DNA of 64,000 bases. Source: Ruditapes philippinarum (taxonomy: Eukaryota). Position numbers and translations under genes: made by a program. The notes beneath the pieces were generated by a model. It was not told the origin of the DNA. It did not search any database and saw only the letters and a list, made by a program, of their open reading frames with translations. The stretch spans positions 1 to 64,000 of the forward strand of contig NW_026861745.1 of the NCBI RefSeq assembly GCF_026571515.1. Direction: 5' to 3'. Shown here in pieces: positions 39,620 through 51,524 of the stretch (positions are counted from its first letter, which is position 1; the number at the start of each line of letters is the position of its first letter).

Positions 39620-40220
39620 AGAAAAAAATGTTATGCAGCTCGTGAAAAGTAACAAATATAATAAAACAAAACCTTGGCACAGTTGTAATACTGTTCATAG
39701 ATGTGTAAACAAAATATTATGCAGCTGATGAAAAAAAATTAATATAATTAACAAAACCTTGGCACGGTTGTAATACTGTTCATAGATGTGTAAACAAAAT
39801 ATTATGCAGCTGATGAAAAAAAAAATTAATATAATTAACAAAACCTTGGCACGGTTGTAATACTGTTTATAGACGTGTGGCCAAAATATGCAGCTAATGA
39901 AAAGTAACAAATATAATACACAAAAGGTTGGCACTGTTGTAATTGTCAACAAAATATGCAGCTAATGAAAAGTAACAAAAAGTAATACAAAAAAGGTTGG
40001 CACGGTTGTAATACTGTTTATATAGACGTGTTAACAAAATATGCAGCTAAAGTAACAAATATGATACACAAAAGGTTGGCACGGTTGTTACAAATTCTGT
40101 TAATAGACGTGTAAACAAAATATGCAGCTAATGAAAAGTAACAAATATAATACACAAAATCTTGGCACATTGAAATACTGTTTATAGACATGTAAACAAA
40201 ATATGCAGCTGATGAAAAAT
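39620..40220. repeat. ~85-bp tandem repeat inside the EnSpm-like element
   Basis: About 7 copies of ATGCAGCT(G/A)ATGAAAA..TTGGCACGGTTGTAATACTGTT. Confidence 0.85.
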
Positions 40221-41339
40221 AAAAAATAGTTTGTACAAGTTTGTAAAAATCAATAATAATTAAAATGTGATATTACACAAAGATCAAATTTGTTGTGAAG
40301 AAATTCATTAAAAAAATTGTCAGTAAAAATAGTTGGTTTCAGTAATTTCTCCGATATTATCAAAGTTTCAACAATAACAACAATAAAGATTACAAGAATC
40401 ATCATTGTAAAGTATTCCAACTTTATTTTAAAGGTTAATACCATATCAATACATGTGTTCCCTGTTAGTGTCAAGTTTTGACAAGATGTTATAATTGTAT
40501 TGATCAGTATCAAAAACATTCCCCAAGCATTTAATGTCTTGATTTAAATAGTAACAATGTTTTTTGTTTGTTTGTTTCATTTTACGCCTTTTACGTCATA
40601 TAGGCGGGTAGTTTCCTAACCATCGTTTCTGGAGAGTTACACCAGTACTAGACTACCTTCCTCCGTGCAGTAACAATGTTTAATGGAAAAAAAACAACAG
40701 CATATAGACAACAGAAAAACAGCATATAATGTCAACAACAAACATAACATAGCAGCAGAATATACTGACTAGAAGGCAAAATTTGACTAGACAAGAATTT
40801 TGCATTTACAAGAAAGACATGCTATGCTGATGACCTCAAACATTAAAATTAGCAACAAAAAGTATAACAAGATAAACAAATGAGCCGCTTACTGTAGTTC
40901 TGACCCTTATCACATTTTAAAAATACCTTGATACATATTGACTTTCAATCAGTGGAATAACTTATATGCAGATGAAGTAAAGGTTTGAAAATGTAAAATA
41001 AAAGTCATTTATTTTATGCTTTTGAGTGTATTACTGATGTATCCGTGAAAAATATATTTGATAATTTCACAGTAAAATGATTAAAATTTCAAACTTTTCT
41101 ATGACGAGACTACTTTTTAAAGATTTTATCATCATTCAAATTTTTTGAATTCAATAAATAATATCATGGCTATTCAACGTTGATTGTCAAACTTATTTTT
41201 CAGCCCAAGACTTCCTGTATTTATGAGAAATGGGACTTAAATTTAACTAAAATTGATGTTAACAGTGGGGAAAACAGATTTAATATTAACGTTAATATTG
41301 AGGAAATTTCATTAGCATAAAATAAAAAGACACTTTATT

Positions 41340-41475
41340 GTTTGTTGTGTAAGATGTAATTTTATATCATTGAAGGAACTTTAAAAAACAGTGTTCTCAC
41401 GAGCGCATAGCCACTCATGAGAATACTGTTTTTAAAGCTCTCTTGATGATATAAAATTTCATCTTACACACAAAC
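41340..41475. repeat. Long fold-back element (~60-bp arms)
   Basis: GTGTAAGATG..TTTTATATCAT..TTTAAAAAACAGT.TTCTCA / TGAGAATACTGTTTTTAAAG..ATGATATAAAA..CATCTTACAC; related core at ~50990-51065. Confidence 0.65.
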
Positions 41476-41521
41476 AAACAAATATCCTCTATAAATTTGC
41501 ATTTTTAGATTAAAAACATGT

Positions 41522-44240
41522 CTAGTCACTTCCTTCATTTTCTTCAGGTAAGGTCTCTGACACTTTGTTTCTTGCTTTTCTTCCCCCATCGCGGTCCCGC
41601 GTGCCAGCCAGCCACTTTGAAACCTCTATTTCAACATCCTTCCTCGTTGCAGCCTTTGTCGGCAAGTTCCTTTGGACACATTCTACAAAACAAGCATTCT
41701 TATCCTTAAAGAATGAAATGAAGTGAAATGAAGGTATTGAAACCATTCAAAGGTCATAAGCCACCTTGTAGCATTTTGAGCAGTATAAATTGGAATATAA
41801 ACTAATTCTGGTATGTTTTACCAAATATAGATGTTTGTTTCCTGGTTTTACATAGCTTTTAACAATATTTCTGTGATATCGCTGCAGTCAGTTGTAAGCT
41901 GAGATCATCTTATCGGTGTATCAGTAAAGAATGTTAAGGTAAGCAAATAACTTGCTTTACAGGAAGGTGATTTCTGTTTATATTATGCATCACAACACAA
42001 TGCATGGGATCAAAACCACACAGCATGTAAAATATTCTCTCTTATTAATTTCCATAAAAGCTAGTCAAGCATTTTCCTTCATTAAAGCAATACCCGAAGA
42101 CACAATAACAAGATCTTGGATAATATATCTATTTTGAAGACACCACTTTGCAAATTTGTAAAATATCACTTACTATACAATACATTCAGTATCTAGAGGC
42201 CCACAAACTTTTCCTTCCCCTTCAGCCACTTCATATTGTACATTCTTGCCAGTTCATTTGACATGGTTTCTTTCATCAAGCGGTCAACAGTTTCCCGTAC
42301 ATCTGCCATACCAAACATTGAGAGGAACCGCACCTTAAATAAAGCAGAACATAAACTTTTTTAACGTTAATTTTAACACTACTAAGTGATGGGCTGCAAG
42401 TCACCAAATGACAAATAATTGTCAACTGGACCTCAAAAACATAATCTGCCGAGAAAACTGTTTGGATTGACAAATTAAAAGATCTTCCCTCATATATTTA
42501 CAGCCTAGGACAACACCTTAGTGACTTGTGCCTTTATGTTTGTCCCCTCCACCGAGTAATATGGGGCACATTATCATTGTTTTTTTTATACAAGAGTTTA
42601 TTCAATATCAACAGAATAATTGTTGATAATAAAATAACAGCTCAATTCCTGGATTTTGTGGGTACTAGTCATTTTCCTGGTATTTTGAAAGCTGCCAGCA
42701 TTTTGATTAATGAATTGACTGTCTTGTCCTAATTAATAATTAATGTTGAAAACGAGGCCAACTGCCCATGTCTTGTGCTCATGGCTATTATAGCATATAT
42801 AAATAACAAAACTGTGTCAATATGAATCAAAAAATTAAAACATGCCAGTTTTTAATTCTGAAATTAATGCAGCAAAGTGTTTGTCCACTGTGCAATATTT
42901 TCCAACATAAATATAGCAGAATGATTATACATTATCATCAAGTGCTCACCACAGACCATTATGTTATTTCGCTTTTAGGCCAGTGGATATGGGGTATACT
43001 TTTTCCAGTTACTAATGGAGCAACATACATGACTAACACTATGCTTACCACAGATGAGAGTATTGTCTGATCTCCCAGAAGCTTATCGAATGCTTCCATC
43101 TGCTCAGGATAACGAATAGGGAATGAGATATCTTTCGGAAGTTGCAGCGGTTGGTCATCTGCTGCTGACCTTAACAGCATTCGCTGCACCATCCTCTTAA
43201 TTTCACGATTCTTCTCTCGCATTGTCTCAAAGACTCGGAGAATCTGTGTAACAGCAGCTGAAAAAAAGGATTCATAATTCTAGGCCATATACTTTTAGAG
43301 CTATGTGTGGTCTGGATCCATGCTGGTCGCAAACCCATTATGTTGGTTTTGTCATGACCCGGCTCAAATGAAAAAAATCCAGTATTTTAAATTTTTCCTT
43401 GGCTTTAACAGTAATTAACGCTAAAATCTCAAAAGGATTGTTGAGTGTGCAAGGTCACAAAATGTGAAAATGATATGAAATCATGAATTAAACTTAACAT
43501 ATTTTTGAGCCTAGGCATGTCATTTGGTGAAAATAAACATTCTTGACTCTTCCAGGGACCGTAACTTTGGATAACAGTAGTGGGGTCAGGCAAGAATATG
43601 CGCACAAATTCACATCATGATAAAGACTAACACAAGTAATCATCAATTTCTTTTGAATATTTTTTGAACTAGGGGCGTCACAAGGTGAAACTTTCCATTT
43701 TTGGCTGTGTCACTCAATCCCGCTTGTTATTACATTTGTTGACTTGTTTTGAGAATATAACATTTAATAAGTATGTACTGTAATAATAAATATATTTATA
43801 GCTCCGAAGTTTATACTTACTGGGCCCAATAATCTGCCCACGGAAGGGTGTATCAGAAGCACCTTGTATTGGAGAAGCACTTTGCACATCACTGCTGGCC
43901 TCTCGCAATGCCTGTGCAGATAAGCGAGGCGGAGATGAAAGTAGGCTTTGTGACTCTTTGGGCGTTGTTGCTTGGTCAATAACTTGTGGTGGCCTACTCT
44001 CTGTGTCTGTCTCATTCTCATCAGTGCCACTATCCGATTCATACAGCCTTTTTGATGGCCTATTTACAATAAAATGAAAATACATTAATAAGTAATTATA
44101 AAATACATATACATTAAGTGAGTTATTGCGCCAAGTGACAATATGATTATGACCCATAATCAGCTGGCAAACATGTACTAGTCTATGTTTACGTACCGAA
44201 TTGTTGTGCCGCAATTTTGTCTACCAAGGATTTTTAGCAT
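41522..44240 (-). pseudogene. Spliced DUF4806-like (EnSpm accessory, TnpA-type) gene with a premature stop
   Basis: Exons 44240-44197 (tentative), 44059-43821, 43257-43049, 42333-42174, 41682-41522 join in phase. Protein: S/P-rich linker, coiled coil, FPIRYPEQMEAFDKLL..VRETVDRLMKETMSNELARMYNMKW.KGKEKF..L, ending EVSKWLAGTRDRDGGRKAR, as I recall for DUF4806 proteins of animal EnSpm. In-frame TAG at 42195-42193. Confidence 0.75.
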
Positions 44241-47200
44241 GAATGCGTTTGTTTCCCCCGACAGATATTTCATGAACGGGAAGGGCTAAAGACTTGGTCC
44301 CATTTGGAAGCTTAATACAAACGTGAAAGTGATAAAAGATTTTTTTAATTGTCTGGACAATTGTTTTCACAACGGCCCCGGAAGTGAATCACTTGCTTGC
44401 AGGCTCGAATCTGGAGTTTCTAGCCTTCTCTTAACTTAAAGTATGTTTTTAAAGGGGGGTATAATTTACAATTTTTTTCGGTTTTTGACCTTTTAAAGAT
44501 GAACACAGGTTTAATTATCTTTCGGGTCATATTTTTGTCATATCATATTTGTCCGATACTCGTGCCTGTGCAACATAGGGCTTGGTTGGTACTTGGAAAA
44601 AATACTTGAATACACCCATAAACACTTTTCATATGAACTACGTAAATAACCGAGGTATATCGAGTGAAAAAATACGAGTTGTTTCCCTTATCTTCGAGTA
44701 AAATCGATATCTCTTACGCTAAAACAATACAAATTAAGCCATTTTTAAACCGCTAGTTTGTGGTGATTAAATGTCTGATTTTAAAAATTATTACATCAAT
44801 GGAAAGCTTGGGATCTTAGCTTTGCCACAGTATATAATTTTACATATTTTTGTCACCAAAGTATTTAAATTAACTGTTAAACCTACCATATGTCAGACCA
44901 TTTTACATACGATTTATACAGCGAGATACGCAACCGGTTATCTTTACTCGAAAACCTACTGATAAGAATAGCCTGTCGTCTGCTAGTTGGGGAAAGTGTT
45001 TATTGGTGTATTTGTAATAATAAGTATTTGCATTTAATATTTTAAAATGCTTATGAATGAAATATTGGTACAAAATGGAAGGGACTTCTAAGGCTAGGAG
45101 GGGTCACTGGATTTCAAATGATGGTGTCCCTTAAAAAAGGATCTCTTAAAATTTAGTCTAGATAGAAACAATATTATTAAAATGTTAGTGTCGACTCCGT
45201 CACAGTTAATTTATTCAACAATAACAACTACACACATCCATAGGCCAGCTAAAGTGTCTAATAGTGGGCGTAAATTCTAGAAAATGTCGCAAATTAAACT
45301 GACAAAAACTATCGCGAAATTACATGGCAAAGGCAAAAACAAAAAATAAATGACGTTTACACTTACCTACACACACAATAAATCTGTAAGGATATAATAT
45401 GAAAGGTCGTTATACGAAATCGTCGTTAAATGTTCCGAATTGAAATGAAATATTGTTTTCGTGTACAATTTTACAATTTAACGTTTCAATACACAATTTG
45501 ATTTTAAGCGGCAGCGGAAATCACGTCTGCGCATGCTCGAAATAAATTTTTCATCAAATGCTGATTTTTATAAATTATTTCTGAATTAATAGTCTAAAAA
45601 ACACATTTTTATATTTAGATTATAAAAATTAAAACCAATATAAAAACTAAACAAATTAATTTCTCGCACCTGCTCAGGCATGCTAATATTTATTGGGTTG
45701 CCCGAATGGGACCCATATGGGTCCCTCATGGCTTGTATATATGTTAATGCTACGATTTTTATAAAAGATAATAGCAATTTATGCCAAGGTGGTCACACTA
45801 TAGCTCAAAGTAAACAAGTTCTAAAGAAATAAATAAACGAAAAATCGTTTTTCCTTATAGTGCTGTAATATGGGACCCATATGGGTCCAATTTGGGCGTA
45901 CCCAAATGGACTTGCCCATATTGGTCCCATATAGGTCCAATATGGGCATACCCATATGGGCTTGCCTAGATATAGCCCATATGGGTCCCATATATGCATG
46001 TTTGCTGGGATGTTCTAAACAAATACGAGTACTACACATAGTACATAGCATTATATCATGTATCATTTCATATATTTTATCACATGTACATCACACATCA
46101 TATATTATGTTGTTCTTTACAATTATGCCAATATAATGCACATTATAACCGGAACAACGTTAACATACTCAAAATTTATATTATTTTCAAATAGATATTA
46201 TCATAATTTATTGCGGAAAAAATGCGAAACAAATCTCTGTAAAAAATATAATAAAGACTGTCAGTAAAATAATTGTGCTTTTGAGAAAGAGGAAACTTTT
46301 ATAAATCTTTTATTAGTTCTAATTTCATTTACCCTCATTTGGTTTGGCAAATCAAATCCAAAAACAAATACTAAAAAAATGCAGCAATCAAAAAACTTCT
46401 TGCGACAAGATATCAATAAACCTTTTCATTGGATTAAATCATTTTTCTTATATTTTGGGTAATGATATATTTTCTTTTGTTTTGGGTAAAAATATCAAAC
46501 ATGCTATTAAAAGAGATCTGACTCAATTGAAACATGATACTGCAATCCTTTACTTGTTGGACACTACGTTTTCGTCTTTTGATCACATCTGACTGACCAG
46601 GTGGGATTCTTTATGATTGGCAGTAAGGGGCGATTCCTCGGAAGCAGTGAAAACAACACTGAACACAGCGGAGCAAGAAGACACAAACAATGAAAGTTTT
46701 TGAGAAATGAAAATAATAACATTTCAGTGGCTTAATAGGCCTCTAATTAGGGTCATTTTCACGTTCTACAAATTCATGATTCTGGAAAAAAGGTGCTGTA
46801 TGAAATATAACTATCAAGCGCTAATTCAATCGCACATAAAACAATTTAAACACTTTAGTCTAAGCCTATTAACTTTTAATTTTCTAATTTATAGTAAATA
46901 GCCTATAAGCACAATCAAATCTTGTATGCGTGCATTATCATACGCAAATAAATAATATCCACATACATTTTGTGTATATGTTAAGAGTTTTCAAGTGTTA
47001 ATTTTAAACGTATTTTTTTAAACGTGTAATATCAGTTTTTATACAAATGGAATATGTTTGATTCTAGAATACCAGTAGTGTCCTGATAATGTGATCAAGA
47101 TCAATGAAGATATATTAAACCGTAATAAACTTCACTTAAGCTGAAGAAAATGGGATTATTGACGAAGACAGCGACTTGATTTATTGACATTATATTTTGC

Positions 47201-47384
47201 GTTCTTGGAAAAGATGCGTCGTGCGTATATAATTATGTATACACCTCTAAATAGATTTCATGTCATCACACCGAGACAATCGTTGAGAACTGACTGCAGT
47301 AAGTATTTTTGCGGTGGTGTGATTTTGAAATATTGTCAACTTCCTGCGCTATTCGTCCTACTCCAGCTATATATTGAAAGAAAG

Positions 47385-47568
47385 TCATGAGCGTGAAATT
47401 ATACATAGAAAAATCCGCGCAGTCTGATCAGGATCCATGCTGTTCGCTATCAGTGTCTCTACTTGTTATAGAGTTTGTAAGCGAACAGCATGGATCCTGA
47501 TCAGACTGCGCGTTGGATACATGCTGGTCGCAAACCTACTATTTGGTTTTGTCGTGACACGGCTCAAA
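47385..47568. mobile_element. Short palindromic MITE-like repeat
   Basis: Perfect ~33-bp arms CGCGCAGTCTGATCAGGATCCATGCTGTTCGCT / AGCGAACAGCATGGATCCTGATCAGACTGCGCG; partial copy of the same family at ~43310-43368. Confidence 0.75.
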
Positions 47569-48101
47569 TACAAAACATAGAATGGTTTTTCCTGTAATAC
47601 ATTTTTGTTTGAAAATCGCCACCGCAACAGCATCACATCGCCGTTAAAATGTCAAAACCATTTTAAAATTTGGGAAGCCTTTTAGCTATAAATGCAATGA
47701 GAACTTTTTTCTAAACAGCAAACGTAATGAAATTTTGAAAGAACACTCCGTTTGTTAGATGTTGTTTACATCAACACAAGAAACTTTTTATATTACATAC
47801 TAGTCTACAACAAATAATTGTCTAACACGTCTCACAATGTTGTATTGTTATTTTGACTATAATTAAGAACTGAAGTGAGACTTAATTAGCTAGCTCAATC
47901 AAGCCGAGTCTGCATCATTTTTCTCTTAAATTACCGTTTTTGATTTTCTTAAAACATTCTTTCTCTTTATGTTTAGTGGAATCATCTTCTACAATACAAA
48001 TATTTACGTGGGATATGTTAATACATACATGAATCTGTATATTATAGTGAAAGAATTATTATATCGGCTATACCACCTTCAAATCATTCAAATGTGAATA
48101 C

Positions 48102-48873
48102 TATAAGAATCTTACACCGGCTGCCGGTACAGACCGGAATATCTAGCTCGAGGGTAACTGTTTACAGCGGTTACGAGGCTCTGCCGAGTTTCCGCTTAAC
48201 AGTTTCCCGAGAGCTAGATATATTCCCGTCTGTACCAACAGCCGGTGTTTGATTCTTTTTCTTGCATATTAAATGTCAATTTCTTTCGGAACAGAAATTA
48301 TGAAAACTGATATTCTTATTACGCACTTTTTTCTTATAGTAGCGTATGAACATACAACTTCATTCATAACGGAAAAATGACGTCATCCTAAGAACGCGAT
48401 TCATTCATAAAAGTCGCGCGTCAATGACGTCATTTAAAGCACGCGACTTGTCTTACATGGGGGGGGGGGGTGTAAGACAGAGTTTTCTAGCACCGGTGAA
48501 AACGGTAGATAATCCTGTCTGAGATGCAAGAATATAAGAATCTTACACTGGCTGCCGGTACAGACCGGAATAATATTATCTAGCTCGAGGGTAACTGTTT
48601 ACGGCGGTAACGAGGCTCTACATATCAATTATTTTCAGAACAGAAATTACGAAAACTAATATTCTCATTACGCACTTTTGCTTATAGTAGCGTATGAACT
48701 CACAACTTCATTCATAACGGTTAAGTGACGTCATCCTAAGAACACAATTCATTCATTAAAGGCGCGCGACAATGACGTCATTTAAAGCACGCGACTTGTC
48801 TTACATGGGGGTGTAAGACAGGGTTTTCTAGCACCGGTGTAAACGGTAGATAATCCTGTTTGACATGCAAGAA
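48102..48873 (+). mobile_element. Head-to-tail dimer of a ~430-bp repeat (second copy internally deleted)
   Basis: Copies 48102-48532 and 48533-48873 both begin TATAAGAATCTTACAC and end ATGCAAGAA. Confidence 0.8.
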
Positions 48874-49006
48874 TTTACCGGCAAGACCGTTGCAACATTT
48901 TCTTAATCATGAGTTCAATATGGTAAAAGAGTTCTTTAAAAGTCAACAGCTACCAATCTGTTTTGCAAATTTTAATTAACAATTTCTTATTTTCACTCGA
49001 TTTTGG

Positions 49007-50038
49007 ATTTGTCTTTTGACGTTTTATCTGTGATACGCAGGCTTCATAACCTCTGATCCCCTTTCAAAATTCCATTTTATTTAGTTCCGCCCATTGTTTT
49101 CTCGTTTAGGGCACACGCTTTTTATTACTTGGGGACCATACGCCGCTTTTCATGGAATGGCACGGAAGTGTCAGATTGAAGGTTCCATGATAACCGCCGT
49201 ATGAACACATCTGCTGATGTTTCTAAATTCACAATTTTACTATTTCATGTTTAAATGTTGAATTCTGCTTAAGCCGGTGCTAGGGGGCATGGACGGTAAC
49301 TTGCACTTTCCAGTACCGTCCATGAACAGGCTCACTCAAACCGAGCCTGCAACATTTTCAATTTTGCCGTGTTGGGCTTTCTTTAGGGATTCTGTATTTA
49401 TCTATTTTATGATCACATCCGTGTTATTTGTGCCGTGTGGCGGCTGTAAAATGTCTCCCCGTACATTTAATCAATGATGTTATATTTTCGATCCTTGAAG
49501 ATCGTTCAGCACGACATTATTGTTGTGCTTGTGGTATTTTTAGTTTCAACTTTACGGAATTTTCTTGTTGGGTGGTTCCAATATTCCTACTTGAATAATA
49601 TTGAATCACCCTTAGGATATGTTGCCTGCTTTTTAAATTTGTCTTTTGACGTTTTATCTGTGATACGCAGGCTTCATAACCTCTGATCCCCTTTCAAAAT
49701 TCCATTTTATTTAGTTCCGCCCATTGTTTTCTCGTTTAGGGCACACGCTTTTTATTACTTGGGGACCATACGCCGCTTTTCATGGAATGGCACGGAAGTG
49801 TCAGATTGAAGGTTCCATGATAACCGCCGTATGAACACATCTGCTGATGTTTCTAAATTCACAATTTTACTATTTCATGTTTAAATGTTGAATTCTGCTT
49901 AAGCCGGTGCTAGGGGGCATGGACGGTAACTTGCACTTTCCAGTACCGTCCATGAACAGGCTCACTCAAACCGAGCCTGCAACATTTTCAATTTTGCCGT
50001 GTTGGGCTTTCTTTAGGGATTCTGTATTTATCTATTTT
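49007..50038. repeat. Identical ~400-bp direct duplication (offset 630 bp)
   Basis: 49007-49408 equals 49637-50038 with no difference that I could see. Confidence 0.9.
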
Positions 50039-50352
50039 TTGGAAAATGTACATAAGTAACCAAACACCACCATTTTAAGTCAGCCTTACAAGTGTGTGGT
50101 CTTATGCCTAAGGGAACTAACCCACAAAATCTTAAGAAATGAGTTCTCTGACCATGAGTACTCTTCATAAAAATCTCTATTATTTAGTCTGGTTCCCAGC
50201 TTCCTATAGTAAAAAATGTGGGAAAATTTAAACATGTGAACTATCCCACTTCAACAGTAAATCTTTACATACAAGTTTGCCAGAGCGAACCAGGAACCAA
50301 TAGTGCTTGATAAGTGTGTATGTTGTTGTGCCAAAGTGAACTATCCAGCAAA

Positions 50353-50481
50353 ATGGCGGAAACTAGAAAATGCCTCGATGAACAAATGGCAAAAATGGGA
50401 AAATAACTGAAACTCTTCTTGAAGAAATATTTCAAGAGGAGAGTGACGACTCGGTGAAAGACCCTGACTATATTCCAAGTG
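50353..50481 (+). pseudogene. Putative shared first coding exon of the Sola element (acidic leader)
   Basis: AAAATGGCG start context; reads ...ITETLLEEIFQEESDDSVKDPDYIPS-G|GTAAAA (phase-1 donor at 50482). Needs one lesion repaired: either +1 A at ~50401 (start 50353) or TGA to CGA at 50379 (start 50370, MPRRTNGK). Confidence 0.6.
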
Positions 50482-51524
50482 GTAAAACCCATTTTGTATA
50501 ATTTATTAAAGATTTAGTAGTTTTCTTAAGTCCATTGAAAATGAAAAAAAGCATGGTGTGGTGGGAGTTTTGTTTAAATGAATTACATAGTATAACATAT
50601 AAAGAAACTTGATGATTCATAATGGTGCCATTTTGCAGAAGGTGTACAGACATGAAATCATGCATTTATAACCTTTGGTTTTGCTTTATCTAAAAACAAT
50701 GGGTTAGTGCACTATAGAAATTTACAAAATACAAAGAGAATGGTGTTTATTATTGGGTTAGTTCACTTTTGGTACTGTAAACAAACCAATTGAAAATTAT
50801 TTTACCAAAATTGAAAAAAGGTTAAAGGAAAGACTTCTAAATTATATTAATGAACACAAATAAATGTTTTACATCAATAATATCTGTTATTGTGAAAATT
50901 ATAATTCTGCAGATTACTATAAGTTTGTTAAATTATTGTATGGTATAAAAAGGATATTCAAGTTTGTTTTCCTACAAATACAGAATTTATTTTCATCGAG
51001 TGGTATTTCACGAGTGGCTGTGGCCACGAGTGAAATATGATTATTTTTCTACAACAAGATGAAAATTTATCGTGTATTAATAGAAAAAACTTAAATTTTC
51101 TGTAATTATTAGAAAGAATTCCCTTTTAATTTTGTATTTTTAAGGAATTTAGAAAAAAAGTAGTCTGGCAAGACACCAGTGAAAATACGGAAAATGAAAA
51201 TGCACATTTTATTTCATCAATATTTCTTAATATTTCATTGATAAGTATAATATAAAATGAAAATATCTATTACATAAACTGCATCACAGGATTGTGAAAA
51301 AAAAAAAACATTTTATTAAAACAATATTACACTTGTGTAATAACATTTTGACGTGACATCAATTGCGTTATATACAAACATAGCGTTAAAGCGAGCACAA
51401 ATTATAATTTTCAGGGTATACGGGCATTTCAGTGCAAACATTTTTATCGCCTGTATATGGACCTTTAAAGATCATTCTGTTTTTTATATTGTTGAATATA
51501 ACGAAATGAATGAAACTGTTACAG

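Larger units (their letters stand above)
38483..46009. mobile_element. CMC/EnSpm (CACTA-like) non-autonomous DNA transposon, 7.5 kb
   Basis: Termini CCCAG...CTGGG; ~33-bp imperfect TIR; 2-bp TSD AT (38481-38482, 46010-46011); dense subterminal arrays of the palindrome CCCATATGGG (38499-38745, 45868-45995); internal DUF4806-like gene but no transposase seen. Confidence 0.85.

Noticed and set aside
44440-45135. Possible Kolobok-like MITE (TTAA-flanked, GGTGTCCC end) inside the EnSpm element
   Set aside because: No matching left TIR could be identified with confidence.
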